Virus record (IMG/VR): IMGVR_UViG_3300033232_000078
Length of the DNA: 64,000 bases
DNA from: a virus
Strand: one strand, 5' to 3'
The position numbers and the translations under genes were made by a program. Positions 43,915 to 56,600 of this stretch are shown one piece after another (the first letter of the stretch is position 1; each line of letters begins with the position of its first letter). The notes under the pieces were generated by a model, which was not told where the DNA came from, searched no databases, and saw nothing but the letters and a program-made list of their open reading frames with translations.

Positions 43915-44767
43915 TATGCAACAGCAAGCCCCAACAGGTACAGCACCTTTGGTTGACCCGAACATCAAGCAAATTCCCGGAGTCAACGTACTCCTCATGG
44001 GGGCCTCTGGCACTGGCAAAACTCACAGTCTCCGTACCTTGGTCGAGGCCGGGCTCGAAGTCTTCGTGCTGTTTACTGAGCCCGGCATGGAAGTTCTGGC
44101 GGATATTCCGAGCGACAAGCTCCATTGGCACTACATCCCGCCAAGCTCGCCGGACTGGGTTGACATGATTGATAGTGCGACAAAGATTAATAAGCTTACG
44201 CTGAAATCCCTGTCTGAAATGAGTGACATTAACAAGTCCAAGTACACGGAATTCCTGGATGTGTTAAATAGCTTGGCAAATTTCCATGACGACCGCACGG
44301 GTAAGGCCTTTGGTCCGGTTGACTCTTGGGGACCAGAGCGAGTTATCGTGGTGGATTCCCTGTCCGGGCTGAGCATCATGGCAATGAACCTTATTGCGGG
44401 CAGTAAACCCGTCAAATCTATCGCTGATTGGGGGGTGTCTGTCGATAACTTGGAACGCCTGCTGACCAAGCTCTGCGTTGACACCCGCTGCCACTTCGTG
44501 CTGATCTCGCACCTTGAGCGGGAAACAGACGAGGTGACCGGCGGCACAGCACTCATGGCGAGTACCCTTGGTCGGAAGCTCGGTCCGAAGCTCCCCCGAT
44601 TCTTTTCGGACGTTATCCATGTGAAACGGGACGGCCCTAAATTCAAATGGTCTACCGCTACTTCGAACGTAGACACCAAGGCCCGGAACGTCGGCATTTC
44701 CGCTGACCTCCCTCCGAGCTTTGTCTCCATCATTAAAGCTTGGCGTAAATCCGCCGGGCTTGAGTGA
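43907..44767 (+). CDS. AAA_24/Sak4-like ATPase
   Basis: Walker A GASGTGKT, Walker B VIVVDSLS, ISHLE, GRKL..KLPRFF; exonuclease-ATPase-SSB gene order. Confidence 0.8.
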   Translation: MADMQQQAPTGTAPLVDPNIKQIPGVNVLLMGASGTGKTHSLRTLVEAGLEVFVLFTEPGMEVLADIPSDKLHWHYIPPSSPDWVDMIDSATKINKLTLKSLSEMSDINKSKYTEFLDVLNSLANFHDDRTGKAFGPVDSWGPERVIVVDSLSGLSIMAMNLIAGSKPVKSIADWGVSVDNLERLLTKLCVDTRCHFVLISHLERETDEVTGGTALMASTLGRKLGPKLPRFFSDVIHVKRDGPKFKWSTATSNVDTKARNVGISADLPPSFVSIIKAWRKSAGLE

Positions 44768-44865
44768 GCACCAAGGTCCTCAGGATGACATAAAACCCCT
44801 GGGTCCTGCCCGAGACCCCAAACCGGCATCAAACCCACTGTAATCACTTTATGAAAGGTACTAAA

Positions 44866-45309
44866 ATGTCACAATTCGATCCCGAACAGTTCATGAACTC
44901 CTCCGTCTCCGACGCGAACTCGACTGCCTACACTCCCGTACCGGAAGGCGAATATCAGGCCTCGGTCGTGTCGGTTACCCCGCGCGTGACTAGCACTGGC
45001 AAAGCCTTGCTTAACGTCGCATGGAAAGTGGACGACGAAACCGCACGGTCCGAGACCGGCATGGCCGAGCCGATGGTTTACCAAACCGTCTGGCTGGATG
45101 TGACCGAGTCTGGTGGTCTGGATACCGGCAAGGGCAAGAACGTCGGCCTGGGCAAACTCCGCGATGCCGTTGGCCAGAATCAAGCCGGTTCGCCCTGGTC
45201 GCCCGGTATGCTGATCGGCCAGGTCGCACTGGTTCGCGTCGGTCACAGCATCGACAAGCGCGACAACGTGACAATCCAGGCTGAAGTCAAAGCCGTCGCG
45301 GCGCTATAA
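44866..45309 (+). CDS. SSB-like protein (second copy)
   Basis: Identical to 784-1227. Confidence 0.65.
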   Translation: MSQFDPEQFMNSSVSDANSTAYTPVPEGEYQASVVSVTPRVTSTGKALLNVAWKVDDETARSETGMAEPMVYQTVWLDVTESGGLDTGKGKNVGLGKLRDAVGQNQAGSPWSPGMLIGQVALVRVGHSIDKRDNVTIQAEVKAVAAL

Positions 45310-45485
45310 GTAGCCTCTGGTAGTACCAAGGGCCAGCGAGTGCATTTTGCTTTCTGGCCCTGTCTCACTAGGAGAACCCTGAATGGAATATGACGAGTGT
45401 ATTACCTGGTGGCGCGAGGAGTCCGGTTCGATACTCGACCGGGACTATGCCCGATACTTAGACAGTCTCAACAAAGGAGAGCAGA

Positions 45486-46796
45486 ATGAAAAGCATACCG
45501 ATGGAATCCCTGGTAATCCCGCCCAACCGACAGCGCCGGGAATTCGACGAGAAGAAAATCCAGGAACTTGCAACGAGCATCAACAGCAAGGGTTTGTTGC
45601 ACCCGCCGGTCGTCCGGGCTGACGGAGACTCCTATATCCTTGTTGCTGGTGAGCGCCGCACCCGCGCCATTCAGTCCCTGCACATCCTCGACATAGGCAT
45701 TACCTGTAATGATACTCTCATCCCAGCTGGATTTCTGCCGGTCACGTTGCTTAGCGATCTTGACGATTTTGCGCTGCGCGAGGCCGAACTCGAGGAAAAC
45801 ACCATCCGGGTGGATTTATCCTGGCAAGAGCAAACTGCCGCTGTTGCAGCACTTCATGCTTTGCGCAGTGAGCAAGGAGCTGCTGCTGGTAAGACGCACT
45901 CTGTTACGGCTACAGCTACAGAGATCCTGGGGAAGTCTGCCGAAGGCGGCCAAGTCACACGCGTCACGGAGAGTCTGATTCTGTCCAAGCACCTGGATGA
46001 TCCGGATGTGCAGAAGGCCAAGACCCCCAAGGAAGCCATGAAGGTGTTGCAAAAGAAAGCTGACATTGCCCACCGGGCGAAACTCGCGGAAACCTTTGAC
46101 GGCGCTAAAACTCCGCACACCCTGATCCACGGTGACAGTTTGGTCGAATTACATAACTTCGACAGTGGTGTCTTTGATCTGATTCTGACTGATCCGCCTT
46201 ACGGCGTCGGCGCAGATACCTTCGGTGATATGGCCTCTACCGGCCACGAGTACCGAGACGATCCTGAGTACGCCCAGGAGTGCTATGCGAAGCTCGCCCG
46301 GGAAGGCTTCCGCATCACCAAGGACAAGGCTCATGCATACATCTTTTGCGACATTCGGAACTTCCAAACTATTGCGCTTGAGTTCACTTTGGCTGGCTGG
46401 GACGTATGGGAACGGCCTTTAATCTGGAGTAAGAAAAATGGAATGCTCCCCAAACCTGACTTCGGGCCGCGTCTCACCTACGAAGCCATTCTCTTTGCCA
46501 GCAAGGGCAATCGAAAAATCCTTCGCGTGGGAGCAGCTGACGTGCTCGAATTCACTACCGAAGGAAAGAACGAACACGGAGCACAAAAGCCTGTCGCCCT
46601 TTATAGCGAACTCATTGCGAGATCTTGTTATCCTGGGGATCGGGTGCTTGACTGTTTCGTCGGTTCAGGAACTGTATTCCCCGCAGCCAATGCAACTCGC
46701 ACCATTGCCACAGGCATTGAAATCAGCAAAACTTATCACGATCTGGCCCAGTCCCGGATGCATGGAGTAGACGCTCTTGAGGATTTGGTGCTATGA
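45486..46796 (+). CDS. ParB-methyltransferase fusion (second copy)
   Basis: Identical to 1404-2714. Confidence 0.9.
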   Translation: MKSIPMESLVIPPNRQRREFDEKKIQELATSINSKGLLHPPVVRADGDSYILVAGERRTRAIQSLHILDIGITCNDTLIPAGFLPVTLLSDLDDFALREAELEENTIRVDLSWQEQTAAVAALHALRSEQGAAAGKTHSVTATATEILGKSAEGGQVTRVTESLILSKHLDDPDVQKAKTPKEAMKVLQKKADIAHRAKLAETFDGAKTPHTLIHGDSLVELHNFDSGVFDLILTDPPYGVGADTFGDMASTGHEYRDDPEYAQECYAKLAREGFRITKDKAHAYIFCDIRNFQTIALEFTLAGWDVWERPLIWSKKNGMLPKPDFGPRLTYEAILFASKGNRKILRVGAADVLEFTTEGKNEHGAQKPVALYSELIARSCYPGDRVLDCFVGSGTVFPAANATRTIATGIEISKTYHDLAQSRMHGVDALEDLVL

Positions 46797-48439
46797 GTGA
46801 GCTTTGCATAAAGCCGCATGGGCCGCAAAACGCCGAGGTGCTCATCGTGGGCGAGTATCCAGGCGCGGATGAACTCTGGAAGGGGATTCCTTTCCAAGGT
46901 GCTGCTGGCGCTGAACTCGCCCGGATGCTGCATGAGGCCGGGATCATCATCAGTGAGTGTCGCACGGCGTATGTGTATCCTTGGAAGAACTCCGGGCACA
47001 CTACCTTGCTGGCACCCACAAAGCCTAAAGGCATTGCCATTGGTGCGACTGAATTCCTGGATGGTAAGTATTGTACCCCCAAGGTGCTTGAAGGGATTGC
47101 CCTGCTCAATGCCGAAATCGAATTGCACAAGCCTAAAGTAATCATCACTCTGGGCGAAATGTCAATGTGGGCTGTAACTGGCGAGAGCACCCTGACGAAC
47201 TGGCGCGGTTCACATCTCGAGCACAAGGCAAGCGGCATCCGCACTATCCCTACCTACGCACCCCATATGGTCTTACGCAACTGGGAGTGGCGGATGTTCG
47301 CCGTCCGGGATTTATCCCGAGCCAATGCATACCGGCACCACCCGGAGGATTACAACCCCCAGTGGGATTTCCTGATCCGGCCGAGCTTCGAGGCCACAAT
47401 GGAGATCCTGGAAAATTTGCTCGCCCAAGCTGAGCGTGGCCCCGTACCTTTGTCACTCGACATTGAGACTATTTGTCGACATATCTCTTGCCTTGGGATT
47501 GCCTGGAGCCGTACCAGTGCACTTTGCATCCCATTCATGGATCAGGGCAAACACTATTGGGAGGAACATGAAGAAGTTGCTATTGTTCAAAGCCTCAAGA
47601 CTTTATTGCAGCATCGCAATGTCTTTAACATCGGTCAAAATTTCGCTGGGTATGATAACCAGCACTTCGCCAAGCACTGGGGGTTTACCCCTCACCTTGA
47701 GTTCGACACCATGCTCGCGCAGCATACCCTGTTCCCCGGCATGGCCAAGTCTCTCGACGTTCTCTCATCCCTTTACTGTCACTACCACAGGTACTGGAAA
47801 GACGAGCTTAAAGACTATAACAAGATGCCAGAAGATATTCATCAATACTGGACCTATAACTGCAAGGATTGCGTTATCACCTTTGAGGTTTGGGAAGTAC
47901 TGCAGGCGCAACTCGAACGCGCCAAGCTAGTCCCACAATTCAACTTCTTGATGCGCATGGCTACCCGAAATGTGTTTCGCGCAATGCTCCGAGGCGTCCG
48001 TATTGACGCTAAGCGTCGCACTGAGGTTGCTGGCGAGTTGTTGCAGTCAATCCAAGAGCGCGAGCAGATCATCCACCACGTTACTGGATATGCCCTTAAT
48101 GTGGGCTCCCCCAAGCAAATGAAGGAGTTCTTCTATGACGACCTTGGGTTCCCCCCGATCAAGAACCGGAAGACTAAGCAGCCGACTTGTGACAGTGCGG
48201 CACTCGGTACCTTGGCGCAGAAGTTCCCATTGGTTAAGCCTCTTACTGATCTGATTGAGGAGAAGCGCTCCTTGGGGGTTTTCCTCTCTACCTTTTGCTT
48301 AATGCCTTTAGATACCGACGGGCGTATGCGGTGCTCGTATAACGTAGCCGGGACCGAGACCTTTAGGCTTTCCAGCTCTGAAAATGCATTCGGTTCAGGA
48401 GGTAATTTGCAGAACGTACCTAAGGGAGAAGAAGAATGA
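46793..48439 (+). CDS. UDG-exonuclease-PolA N-terminal part (second copy)
   Basis: Identical to 2711-4357. Confidence 0.88.
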   Translation: MSELCIKPHGPQNAEVLIVGEYPGADELWKGIPFQGAAGAELARMLHEAGIIISECRTAYVYPWKNSGHTTLLAPTKPKGIAIGATEFLDGKYCTPKVLEGIALLNAEIELHKPKVIITLGEMSMWAVTGESTLTNWRGSHLEHKASGIRTIPTYAPHMVLRNWEWRMFAVRDLSRANAYRHHPEDYNPQWDFLIRPSFEATMEILENLLAQAERGPVPLSLDIETICRHISCLGIAWSRTSALCIPFMDQGKHYWEEHEEVAIVQSLKTLLQHRNVFNIGQNFAGYDNQHFAKHWGFTPHLEFDTMLAQHTLFPGMAKSLDVLSSLYCHYHRYWKDELKDYNKMPEDIHQYWTYNCKDCVITFEVWEVLQAQLERAKLVPQFNFLMRMATRNVFRAMLRGVRIDAKRRTEVAGELLQSIQEREQIIHHVTGYALNVGSPKQMKEFFYDDLGFPPIKNRKTKQPTCDSAALGTLAQKFPLVKPLTDLIEEKRSLGVFLSTFCLMPLDTDGRMRCSYNVAGTETFRLSSSENAFGSGGNLQNVPKGEEE

Positions 48440-49218
48440 ACCTGTCCGCCCATCACACCCTTCCCAATATCCGGAAGTTCTTCGTACCTGATCCCGGTTT
48501 CACGATTGCCGATTCGGACCTCGATCGGGCCGACCTCCAGGTCGTGATCTGGGAAGCTGACGACGCGATGCTTAAGCGCGCCCTGAAAGACGGCGTAGAT
48601 ATTCACATAATGAACGGGATTGACCTTGACAATCTACCCATGCCACCTCTTGACGAGCTGGTCGAAACTCATGCTAACTACCCTGAGCATAAAGCCCGCT
48701 TCAAGAAGCAACGGCAACTCGCAAAGTCCTGGGTACACGGCACGAATTACGGAGGCTCGGCGGCAACTATGGCTCGCGCAGCTAAAATCAGCACAGCGCA
48801 AAGCGAGCTGCTTCAACGTCGCTGGTTCGCGGCGCACCCAGGGATCAAAGACTGGCACGATAGAACCGAGGCGTCCCTGCTGGCTACTCGATCCGTCACG
48901 AACAAGTTCGGATTCCGAAAGCTTTACTTCGACCGAATAGAGGCGTTGCTGCCGCAAGCCCTGGCCTGGGTTCCTCAAAGCACGGTCGCCATCTACATCA
49001 ATATGGTCTGGGACGCCATCGAGGACTCTGTGCACGAAGCCCAGGTCTTGCTCCAGGTCCACGACAGTCTCGTCTGGCAAGCCCCCACGCACACCTTCAA
49101 CAGAACGGCAAGGACAATCCAAGAACTTGCATCCAAGATCATAGTGCCATATGATGATCCATTAGTGATTCCCTTGGGGGTCAAATCCTCAGTGGTCTCC
49201 TGGGGTGATGTAGATTAA
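48436..49218 (+). CDS. PolA C-terminal part (second copy)
   Basis: Identical to 4354-5136. Confidence 0.9.
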   Translation: MNLSAHHTLPNIRKFFVPDPGFTIADSDLDRADLQVVIWEADDAMLKRALKDGVDIHIMNGIDLDNLPMPPLDELVETHANYPEHKARFKKQRQLAKSWVHGTNYGGSAATMARAAKISTAQSELLQRRWFAAHPGIKDWHDRTEASLLATRSVTNKFGFRKLYFDRIEALLPQALAWVPQSTVAIYINMVWDAIEDSVHEAQVLLQVHDSLVWQAPTHTFNRTARTIQELASKIIVPYDDPLVIPLGVKSSVVSWGDVD

Positions 49219-49256
49219 TAACGGGGCGCATAATGCATCTTTATACGCCCCTTAAA
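49218..49256. promoter_or_regulatory. Palindrome site 1 (second copy)
   Basis: Identical to 5136-5174. Confidence 0.8.
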
Positions 49257-49269
49257 AAGGATAACCTTA

Positions 49270-50466
49270 ATGGCACAACGCAAGACCAGGGACTGGCTTC
49301 AGGCCTTTATGCAGTACGCCTCCTACGGCGAAGCACCTTTGAAAATGTACTTTTGGGTCGGAGTCAGCACTATTGCGGGGGCACTTCGCCGTAGGGTCTG
49401 GATCGACCAGAAGTACTTCCAATGGACTCCGAACTTTTATGTTATCTTGGTAGCCCCGCCTGGGATTGTTTCAAAATCCACCACGGCTTCTGTGGGCATG
49501 AACCTTCTCAAGGAAGTCCCCGGCGTTACCTTTGGCCCGGATGTAGTGACTTGGCAAAAGCTTGTTGAGGATATGGGAAAGTCCACGGAAATGGTAATGA
49601 ACCCTGAGACCGGCGAGTACATCCCAATGTCTTGCCTCACGGTGGCTTCGAGTGAATTCGGTACCCTGCTAAATCCACAAGACCGGGAGATGGTAGACGT
49701 ACTGGTGAGCCTTTGGGACGGTCAAGTCGGAACCTTTAAAAAGGCCACCAAGTCTTCTGGCAATGACTCCATCGAGAACCCTTGGATTAATATCATCGCC
49801 TGCACCACGCCGAGCTGGATCGCAGGCAACTTTCCCGAGTACATGATCGGCGGAGGCTTTACGAGTCGCTGTGTCTTTGTGTATGCTGCCCATAAGCGCC
49901 AGTTCGTAGCCTACCCCGCTGACCACGTTCCAGAGGAATTCCTGGCCCAACGTGCTGCCCTGATTCATGACCTTGAGATTATCTCTACCCTGGTAGGCGA
50001 GATGGAGCTTGACTCGGAGGCCAAATCCTGGGGTGAGCAGTGGTACCAGAACCACTGGACGGCTAAGCACCAGCATCTATCCCCTGACCAGTTCGGCGGA
50101 TACCTCGCCCGGAAGCAGACCCATATCCATAAGCTCGCTATGATCTTCGCCGTTAGCGAATCCGATGAACTCGTCATTCACCGCCGGCATCTGGAAAAAG
50201 CCGCTGACATGGTTGACGCCCTCGAAGACGACATGCCTTACGTCTTCGACAAGATCGGCCGAACGCAAAGCACCCGGGCGCTGAATGACCTGTGCGAAAT
50301 CGTAGCAGCCTATTCCCCCATCACACAACAAGACCTGTACCGGAGACTGAGCCGCCAGTGTACCTTTAAAGAATTCGCAGACATTCTGCAAAGTGCCATA
50401 TCCGCGGGCTTCATCACCATCAAGCAGCAAGGCACCGAGACACTTGTCTCAGCAAAAAGGAGTTAA
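49270..50466 (+). CDS. DUF3987-like helicase (second copy)
   Basis: Identical to 5188-6384. Confidence 0.7.
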   Translation: MAQRKTRDWLQAFMQYASYGEAPLKMYFWVGVSTIAGALRRRVWIDQKYFQWTPNFYVILVAPPGIVSKSTTASVGMNLLKEVPGVTFGPDVVTWQKLVEDMGKSTEMVMNPETGEYIPMSCLTVASSEFGTLLNPQDREMVDVLVSLWDGQVGTFKKATKSSGNDSIENPWINIIACTTPSWIAGNFPEYMIGGGFTSRCVFVYAAHKRQFVAYPADHVPEEFLAQRAALIHDLEIISTLVGEMELDSEAKSWGEQWYQNHWTAKHQHLSPDQFGGYLARKQTHIHKLAMIFAVSESDELVIHRRHLEKAADMVDALEDDMPYVFDKIGRTQSTRALNDLCEIVAAYSPITQQDLYRRLSRQCTFKEFADILQSAISAGFITIKQQGTETLVSAKRS

Positions 50467-50467
50467 A

Positions 50468-50677
50468 ATGAAGACCTTCCATAATACCATCACCCAGCTC
50501 GGATACTGTTGCCCGACCGAGTTCTTCTTGAAAAACGCAGGTATCCCGCACAAGGAATTAGCCGAGACCCTCGACCTGGCGCCTCGAACGATCCGCTTGC
50601 ATAAGCAAATCGTCCAAGACGAAAGTGAGTGTCCCGGCCACGAGTCCTGTCTTAAAAGGATTCCCCAACATCCTTGA
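50468..50677 (+). CDS. Small HTH protein (second copy)
   Basis: Identical to 6386-6595. Confidence 0.6.
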   Translation: MKTFHNTITQLGYCCPTEFFLKNAGIPHKELAETLDLAPRTIRLHKQIVQDESECPGHESCLKRIPQHP

Positions 50678-53600
50678 TGACGCTACGATATCGCTTCTCA
50701 GTGCTGTCACCACGATCCAGCTTCCGATTCCGCTTCCTCATATTCCGGACGCTTTCCATCCGGTCCTTGACACTGATCTTCATCTTGAAGTCCGGCACCT
50801 GTTCGTTGTACTCGTCAATCGCGGACTGGCTGGCCTTTCGCTTATCCAGGTCCTTCTCCCAAACAGCTTTGCGGTAGGATTCCAGCAACCCGGCACGGCG
50901 CGATCTCCAGTAGATTATCTCCCCGGTCTCCGAAAATTTCCGTTCCCGGTTCACTGCCAGTACCGCCGGGTTCCCCCCAAGCGCCATCATTGCCAGCTCA
51001 TAATCCGACAGATCCCGGAAGTTCCCGGTCTCCAGATCCTTGACGATGCGCTCACCACCTTTCCCAGTAACGCCGTAAGTCGGCCGCAGGGTTTGCTTGT
51101 GATACGCATCGAGAGCTCTACCCATAGCACCTGTCGCGCCCGGCAATTCCTTCAGCATCTCAGGCACAGTGGCACGCCCCCCGACTACCTTGGGAGCCAG
51201 CATGGTAACCTTGATCAAATCCTCAAGCACCCCGCCGGCGGGCCCAGACACTTCGACGGCGCCTTTACCAAGCAGTTCCCCCACATCATCATAGTTCCGA
51301 TTCAGCATCTCAGTGCCCGGAATGATTTGACCCAAGCCGAAGCTTCCGCTCAAGTCCAATCCCCCTGCATTATGCAACAGCCCGTTCATAACCAGATTCG
51401 AGTCCATCCCATATTCTTTAAAGAACCTCCGCATCTCAAGCCTGATATTATCACCACCGCTGAGTTTCCGCCAAATCGCCTGCAGCATGTCCAGAATATT
51501 ACTTCCGAATGGTAGGCCTTCCAATCCGCTGAGCAGCAAAAACATCAGCCAAAGCTTCGCAGTCGTGCCAAACACCCAAGGCCTTACCGCCCTACCTTCG
51601 GCCCGGAACTGCGCACGCTGCCCCCTTTCATAGCCACCGCTCATGATCCAGCCCATGAACTGCACATAGCTCAGAAAGATAAACATCACGGCTTTCTTGC
51701 CACGCAAAAACTGGCTCCGGTTCCCTGCATCATAAGCATTCTGCAGCAACAGCGTTTTGCTCTTGGCATTTTCATAAGCCTGTTGCCGCGCCATCTCAAA
51801 TTTCATACCGTTGTTTCTAAGCCGATCGAATTCCGCCGAGAAGAAACTCATCAGCGTCGATGCCCGGTTCAGCTTCTCCACCGTTCGAAAGGTCCACATG
51901 CCGGTTTCAATAAACTGCCTCGCCATATGCCCCATCGTCGTCCTGCGGAAATGGCGCAGCATCGCACTGCTGGTACTTTGTCCGGCGAGAAAATATGCAT
52001 AGCTCTGGTCAATAATACCATCCCTGATGGCATCATTCATCACCGAGCTAAAGGCATTCCTCCGGATCATCTCAGCATTATCCTTTGCCTCACTGATCCA
52101 GCCCGCCGTGTCCATCTTATACTTAATGAGATCGTGCATGGCGCTGACCATATACCGGGAACCCTTAAGTTCTCCGTATTCCGTTGTCATGGCTGCGCCC
52201 GTATTAAGCATGGTGCTGAAGTTCAGCAATGCCGTCTTCATGTTATATGCCAGCATCATTAGCGTCACCCAGAGCCGAACGCCTTGAAACTCTTGGGTCG
52301 GATACAGCATATACGACTTGGTGTTCTCCATCATCTTGAGGTTCCGGCGGCGCAAAGCAATCAGTTTGGCCCGCTCGGCCGCAGGCATTCCCTGAGACTT
52401 ATGCAACTCCCTGATTTCATACTGTTGCCATTGGATCGCCCTTGTAAAGTTTGCCCGGTAACGCAGCTTCCAGGTAAAGTTCGCATTGTGCCAGATGAAA
52501 TCCGCGTAGTTCCTGACAAAGTCCTTGCTGGCTCCGTCAAGCTTACTCGTGGCATCCTCAAACCTCTTCGCGATCTTGTCCACCATATCCGGCTGCATCA
52601 GTTCGGCCGCAGCGGCAATCTGCTCTTCCGAGAACAGTCCGGTATCCTGGAAGTTTTGCAGCATCGACACCGGCAGGTTAACCGGAATTCCATCGAAGTC
52701 TTTGAACTCCTTGGTCGAGACCTTATATTGCTGGGGGTTCTCGTCCTGCTTTTGCAGCCAATATTCACTCGCCTTCTTAAAGCTTTCTTCCGATTCGAAG
52801 TGCTCGATATGCACTGGAGCATATTTCTTACCATTCTTCTTCTGGGACTCCTTAACAATCACGACGTAGTTCCCGAAGTGCCCCTGCGGCATAAACGGAG
52901 TCTCGTTGAGTTTTGCGAAGGTCTCCTTAATCTTCTGGTGAATCCGGGCAATCACCAGATCATTACCTTCGTATTTGCTGACTGCCAGTTCAAACAGAAT
53001 TTGCCGCTGGTGCTCGAACTGCACTTGAGCCGCATTTTTATAGTCCAGAATCAGTTGCGCGAGGTGCTGGCCATCATCCGTCTGGGGGTCAATGCCGTGT
53101 TGCCTTAGCTGCTCCCGGAACAGTTCCGAGGGCTGGAACACCAGTCGCCCGTGCCGGTCCTCCGCAAGCGCGGTCCAGTGCTTACCCGCTTTCCACTCCG
53201 CTGAAAGAAACCCGTCGATGAGGTTTTGCTTGGCGATACCAAGCGTGAGAATTTCTTTGGCAACTTGTTCTCCTTGGACTTGTAACTGGCTCTTGAAAGT
53301 CTCAGCCATGTTCACAGCTTTAACCATGCTCTGCATCGGCAAGTCAAATTCATTCCCGTACAGCGGAATCACAGCACGCTGTTGCATTTGTACGAGTTGA
53401 TCAAAGGCCTTTCCGGCGAGCGCAACCCCCAGGGTCCACGGCTTCGCCAGGAACTCTTTGATTGGCCCCGTAAGGGTCTCGTGCGCCTGGGCCTGTACCG
53501 GAGACTCCAGATCAAAGTATTCCTTTTGCATCTGGCCTTCGAGTTGACCATCCGCCAGTTGTGATGCATCCCACACCAGCACCTGAGTATCCTCAAAGGG

Positions 53601-56600
53601 CATTCCGGTGTTCTTGAGCACCACGCCATCATGACCTGCGGCTTGGGCTTGCTTCACCAGGCTTTGCATATCCGTGCTAGTAACGGCCTGTCCGGGGTAC
53701 TCAACCCGCATGGGGTTTTCCATCTTCACGAAATAATCACGAAGGTCCCGGATATCCTGCAGCCCCCAAGCCGGGTTCCGCCAGTTCGCACTCAGCGAGT
53801 ACACTGGGGTCTCCCCGACCAGTGCTACCTGCCCAGTCCTGTACCAGTACCGCAGGGGTTCCTGTGTCGCAGCATTAAGCAATTTGCTTTGGCCAAGCCA
53901 CCGCTTGAAGAAAACACTCTGGGTACCGTCTTTCTCAAACGCCTGAATCGCATCCTCAATCTGGGCCTGACCTTCGACCCCAGCGCTATCCTGGGTATGC
54001 GCCAGCGGAATGTTCGGGCTCGCAGGATTCTCACGATCCCAGTGCACCACCAGACTGCTCCGCTTATCCGTTAAGTCCACCTCTAGATAATCAAGCCCAT
54101 TTCGCTTGACCTTCTGCACCTTGTACTTCTCGGCCTTGAGGAATCCCTGAATGGTTTTCTCGTAGAAGTCAATCGTGGCGGTTTGTCCGCTTAACTGCTC
54201 GGCATAAATGCGTTCAGCATTTGCTAACGTTTCCTGGAACTGTGGGTCAGCTCGCTGTTCCTCTGAAGCAAATTGCTCTCGTGTCAGAGGTTCCTTAAAT
54301 CCCTGGATCGCCATCACCGCACTCCGTAGGGGAAGCAACGCAGCCTTCTGACCAATCTCCGCCAGCTTCCCGAGCGTCTCCTGCAACACCCGTTCGTACC
54401 AGCGCTGGCGTAAGGCATCCAGTTTCTTAAAGCCTTCATCCCGCATTTCAGGATTGTATTCAGGGTCATATTCGGCTTCCAAAGGCTCAAAGATCTGATT
54501 GGCCTTTGCCATCAAATCCGCCTGCAATTCCCCAATGATAACTTTGCCTGGAATGTCCACAGGCGCATTCACCCGAATATGAGCCACCACGTCAGGCGAG
54601 TCTTGCCAGTGATCCCTGAAAGACTTGTCACCAAGCGCCCTCTCTCGGCTCACCCGTAGTGGCGCTGCCAAGACCCAAGTCGCGGCCCGAGCCGGATTCT
54701 CCTGCATGGCGTCCCAACCAGTTTCATTATAGGCAAACTCGTCCGGCGAGACATTTCGGAATTTCAGCGGAAGCACCCGATCCATAACCCAGGCAACTAC
54801 ATCCTCCCGGGGTACGCTGGGAAGGCCTTCAGTTTCCGCTGCTTCGAAGATTTGCTTCAAGGCTTGCTGATCTTGTTTTCGCAGGGTCTGCTGATTCATC
54901 AGGGCCTTGATGGTTTCTAGTTTAACCTGGGCTTTGTTCGGGAGGCGTTGAATCGCCCTGGTGGTATACTCCCTGTCAAATAGCAGACTATCCTGCAGCG
55001 CCCGCATCTTCTCGCGGGCTTCTTCATAAGCTCCAATCGAGATCCTGTGCCGGATGCTGCGCACCGTCAGGCTATCTGCCTCCACCTCACCATCCGCAAT
55101 CATCTTGTCCAGTTCCTGCAGCATCAACCCTTTGGCCTCAACCCCAGTCGCCAGTTCAGCTTGCGGCGGCGTCACCTCTATAGGTGCCGGCTCTGGCGCT
55201 TGCAATGGCGCTTGCTCCACAACCTCGTCCAGCCCAAGATTCTTTCTAGCATTCTCCCGAAGCTCGGCTTGCTTAGCTTGCACTTCTTTCGAAAGTTGCT
55301 GCGCCCCTCGAGGCCGACGCTTCATCGCAGCATTCTTGGCGGTTAAATCCTCCAGCCATTCGTTGAACTTCACGCCCGGCTTGATCACGCCTTCCTTCTT
55401 GAGCATGGTGAAGAAGTCCCGGAGCTTCCCAATGATATCCGAGAAGAACTTGTTCAGTGGGCTCTGTGCCAAATCCCCTTTTGCGTAGGCCGCTCGGCTC
55501 ATCTGCTCGGCGAAGTATTCGTCAAAGCTCAGTGCATACTTCATACCCCCCGGAAAGGCACTTTCAATCAAATCCTTGGCGCTGGAACCCTCCAAAGTTT
55601 TGCCCTGGGGTACCCGTTTCCTGGCCCATTCATATGGGTCCATATTCTGGGTATTTTCTTTCTTGATTCCAGCCCCATGCTTCCGGGGACCGGCCCAGGT
55701 ATCCAGCCACTCCTTCGCAGTCATCACGCCGGACTCAACGCGCTGCTTGGTATCCAGCCATTCCTGGACCAAGCCCACTTCCAGGGGCGCAGTTTCCGCG
55801 AGTGCACTGAGCTGCTCGGGCGTCGCATTACCCAGCTTCGTGATGCTCTGAATGGTGTTCTTGACCTCCTCGCCAACCCGAGCTTTGAGGCCTTCAAAGA
55901 AAGCTTCCTCTGCCATACCATGCCCGAACTCGTGGCTTAGTGCTGTAAGGCTTTCCATCCGGGTCTGGCTGTTACCACCACCCTGGTACTTAAGGCTCGG
56001 CATTTCCCTGGGCGTAATCACATGGATGATGTTACCCTTGGTGTCCACTGCCCTTTGGTACGCCCCAAAGGTACTGGTGTCACTGAGACTGTCGTAATTG
56101 ATTATGATCCTGGCATTCGGCATATACTTCCGAACCCACTGTTGCACCGAATCATTCAGCGCCCGGCGCATCCCGCTCGGATAGTTCCGCTCGTCATTGC
56201 GCGCAATCAGCCCCGTAACTACGCCCGGCGACAAGAACCCAACTTGCAGCGGCGTCAGGCCATCCATTCTGGCATCGCTGCTCGAGTCAAAGATTCTTTG
56301 CGAATGCGGCACAGTGCTGGGACCTTCCTCACCAGCCCGACGCTCCATCACCTCCGGGGACATGCCGCCAACGTCCTGGCTTGTGCTGTCCTGGAACAGT
56401 TCATCCAGCGTCCGAACCATATCAGGACCACTTTCCGCTGCCGGCGCTTCAATGCCTTTGGTGAGCTGCTCCAGCCGGGCATCCGCCTCTGCGGCCTGTT
56501 CGGGGGTCAAGGTTTCGAGGGATTGTGGGGGCGTATAATCTTCTTTTATGCGCCCCGCCAATGCATCCAGTTCTTCCATCGCCACCTTGGCATCCACCCC

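Larger units (their letters stand above)
1..44082. mobile_element. Complete dsDNA tailed phage genome (podovirus-type architecture), one unit length of 44,082 bp
   Basis: Full set of terminase, portal, scaffold, capsid, adaptor, nozzle, ejection, lysis and replication genes in two divergent arms; sequence restarts at 44083. Confidence 0.95.

Noticed and set aside
1-44082. T7-like (Autographiviridae) or temperate assignment; tRNA genes
   Set aside because: No single-subunit RNA polymerase, integrase, att-like context or cloverleaf sequence was recognised by eye; a tRNAscan/HMM run would be needed to be certain.
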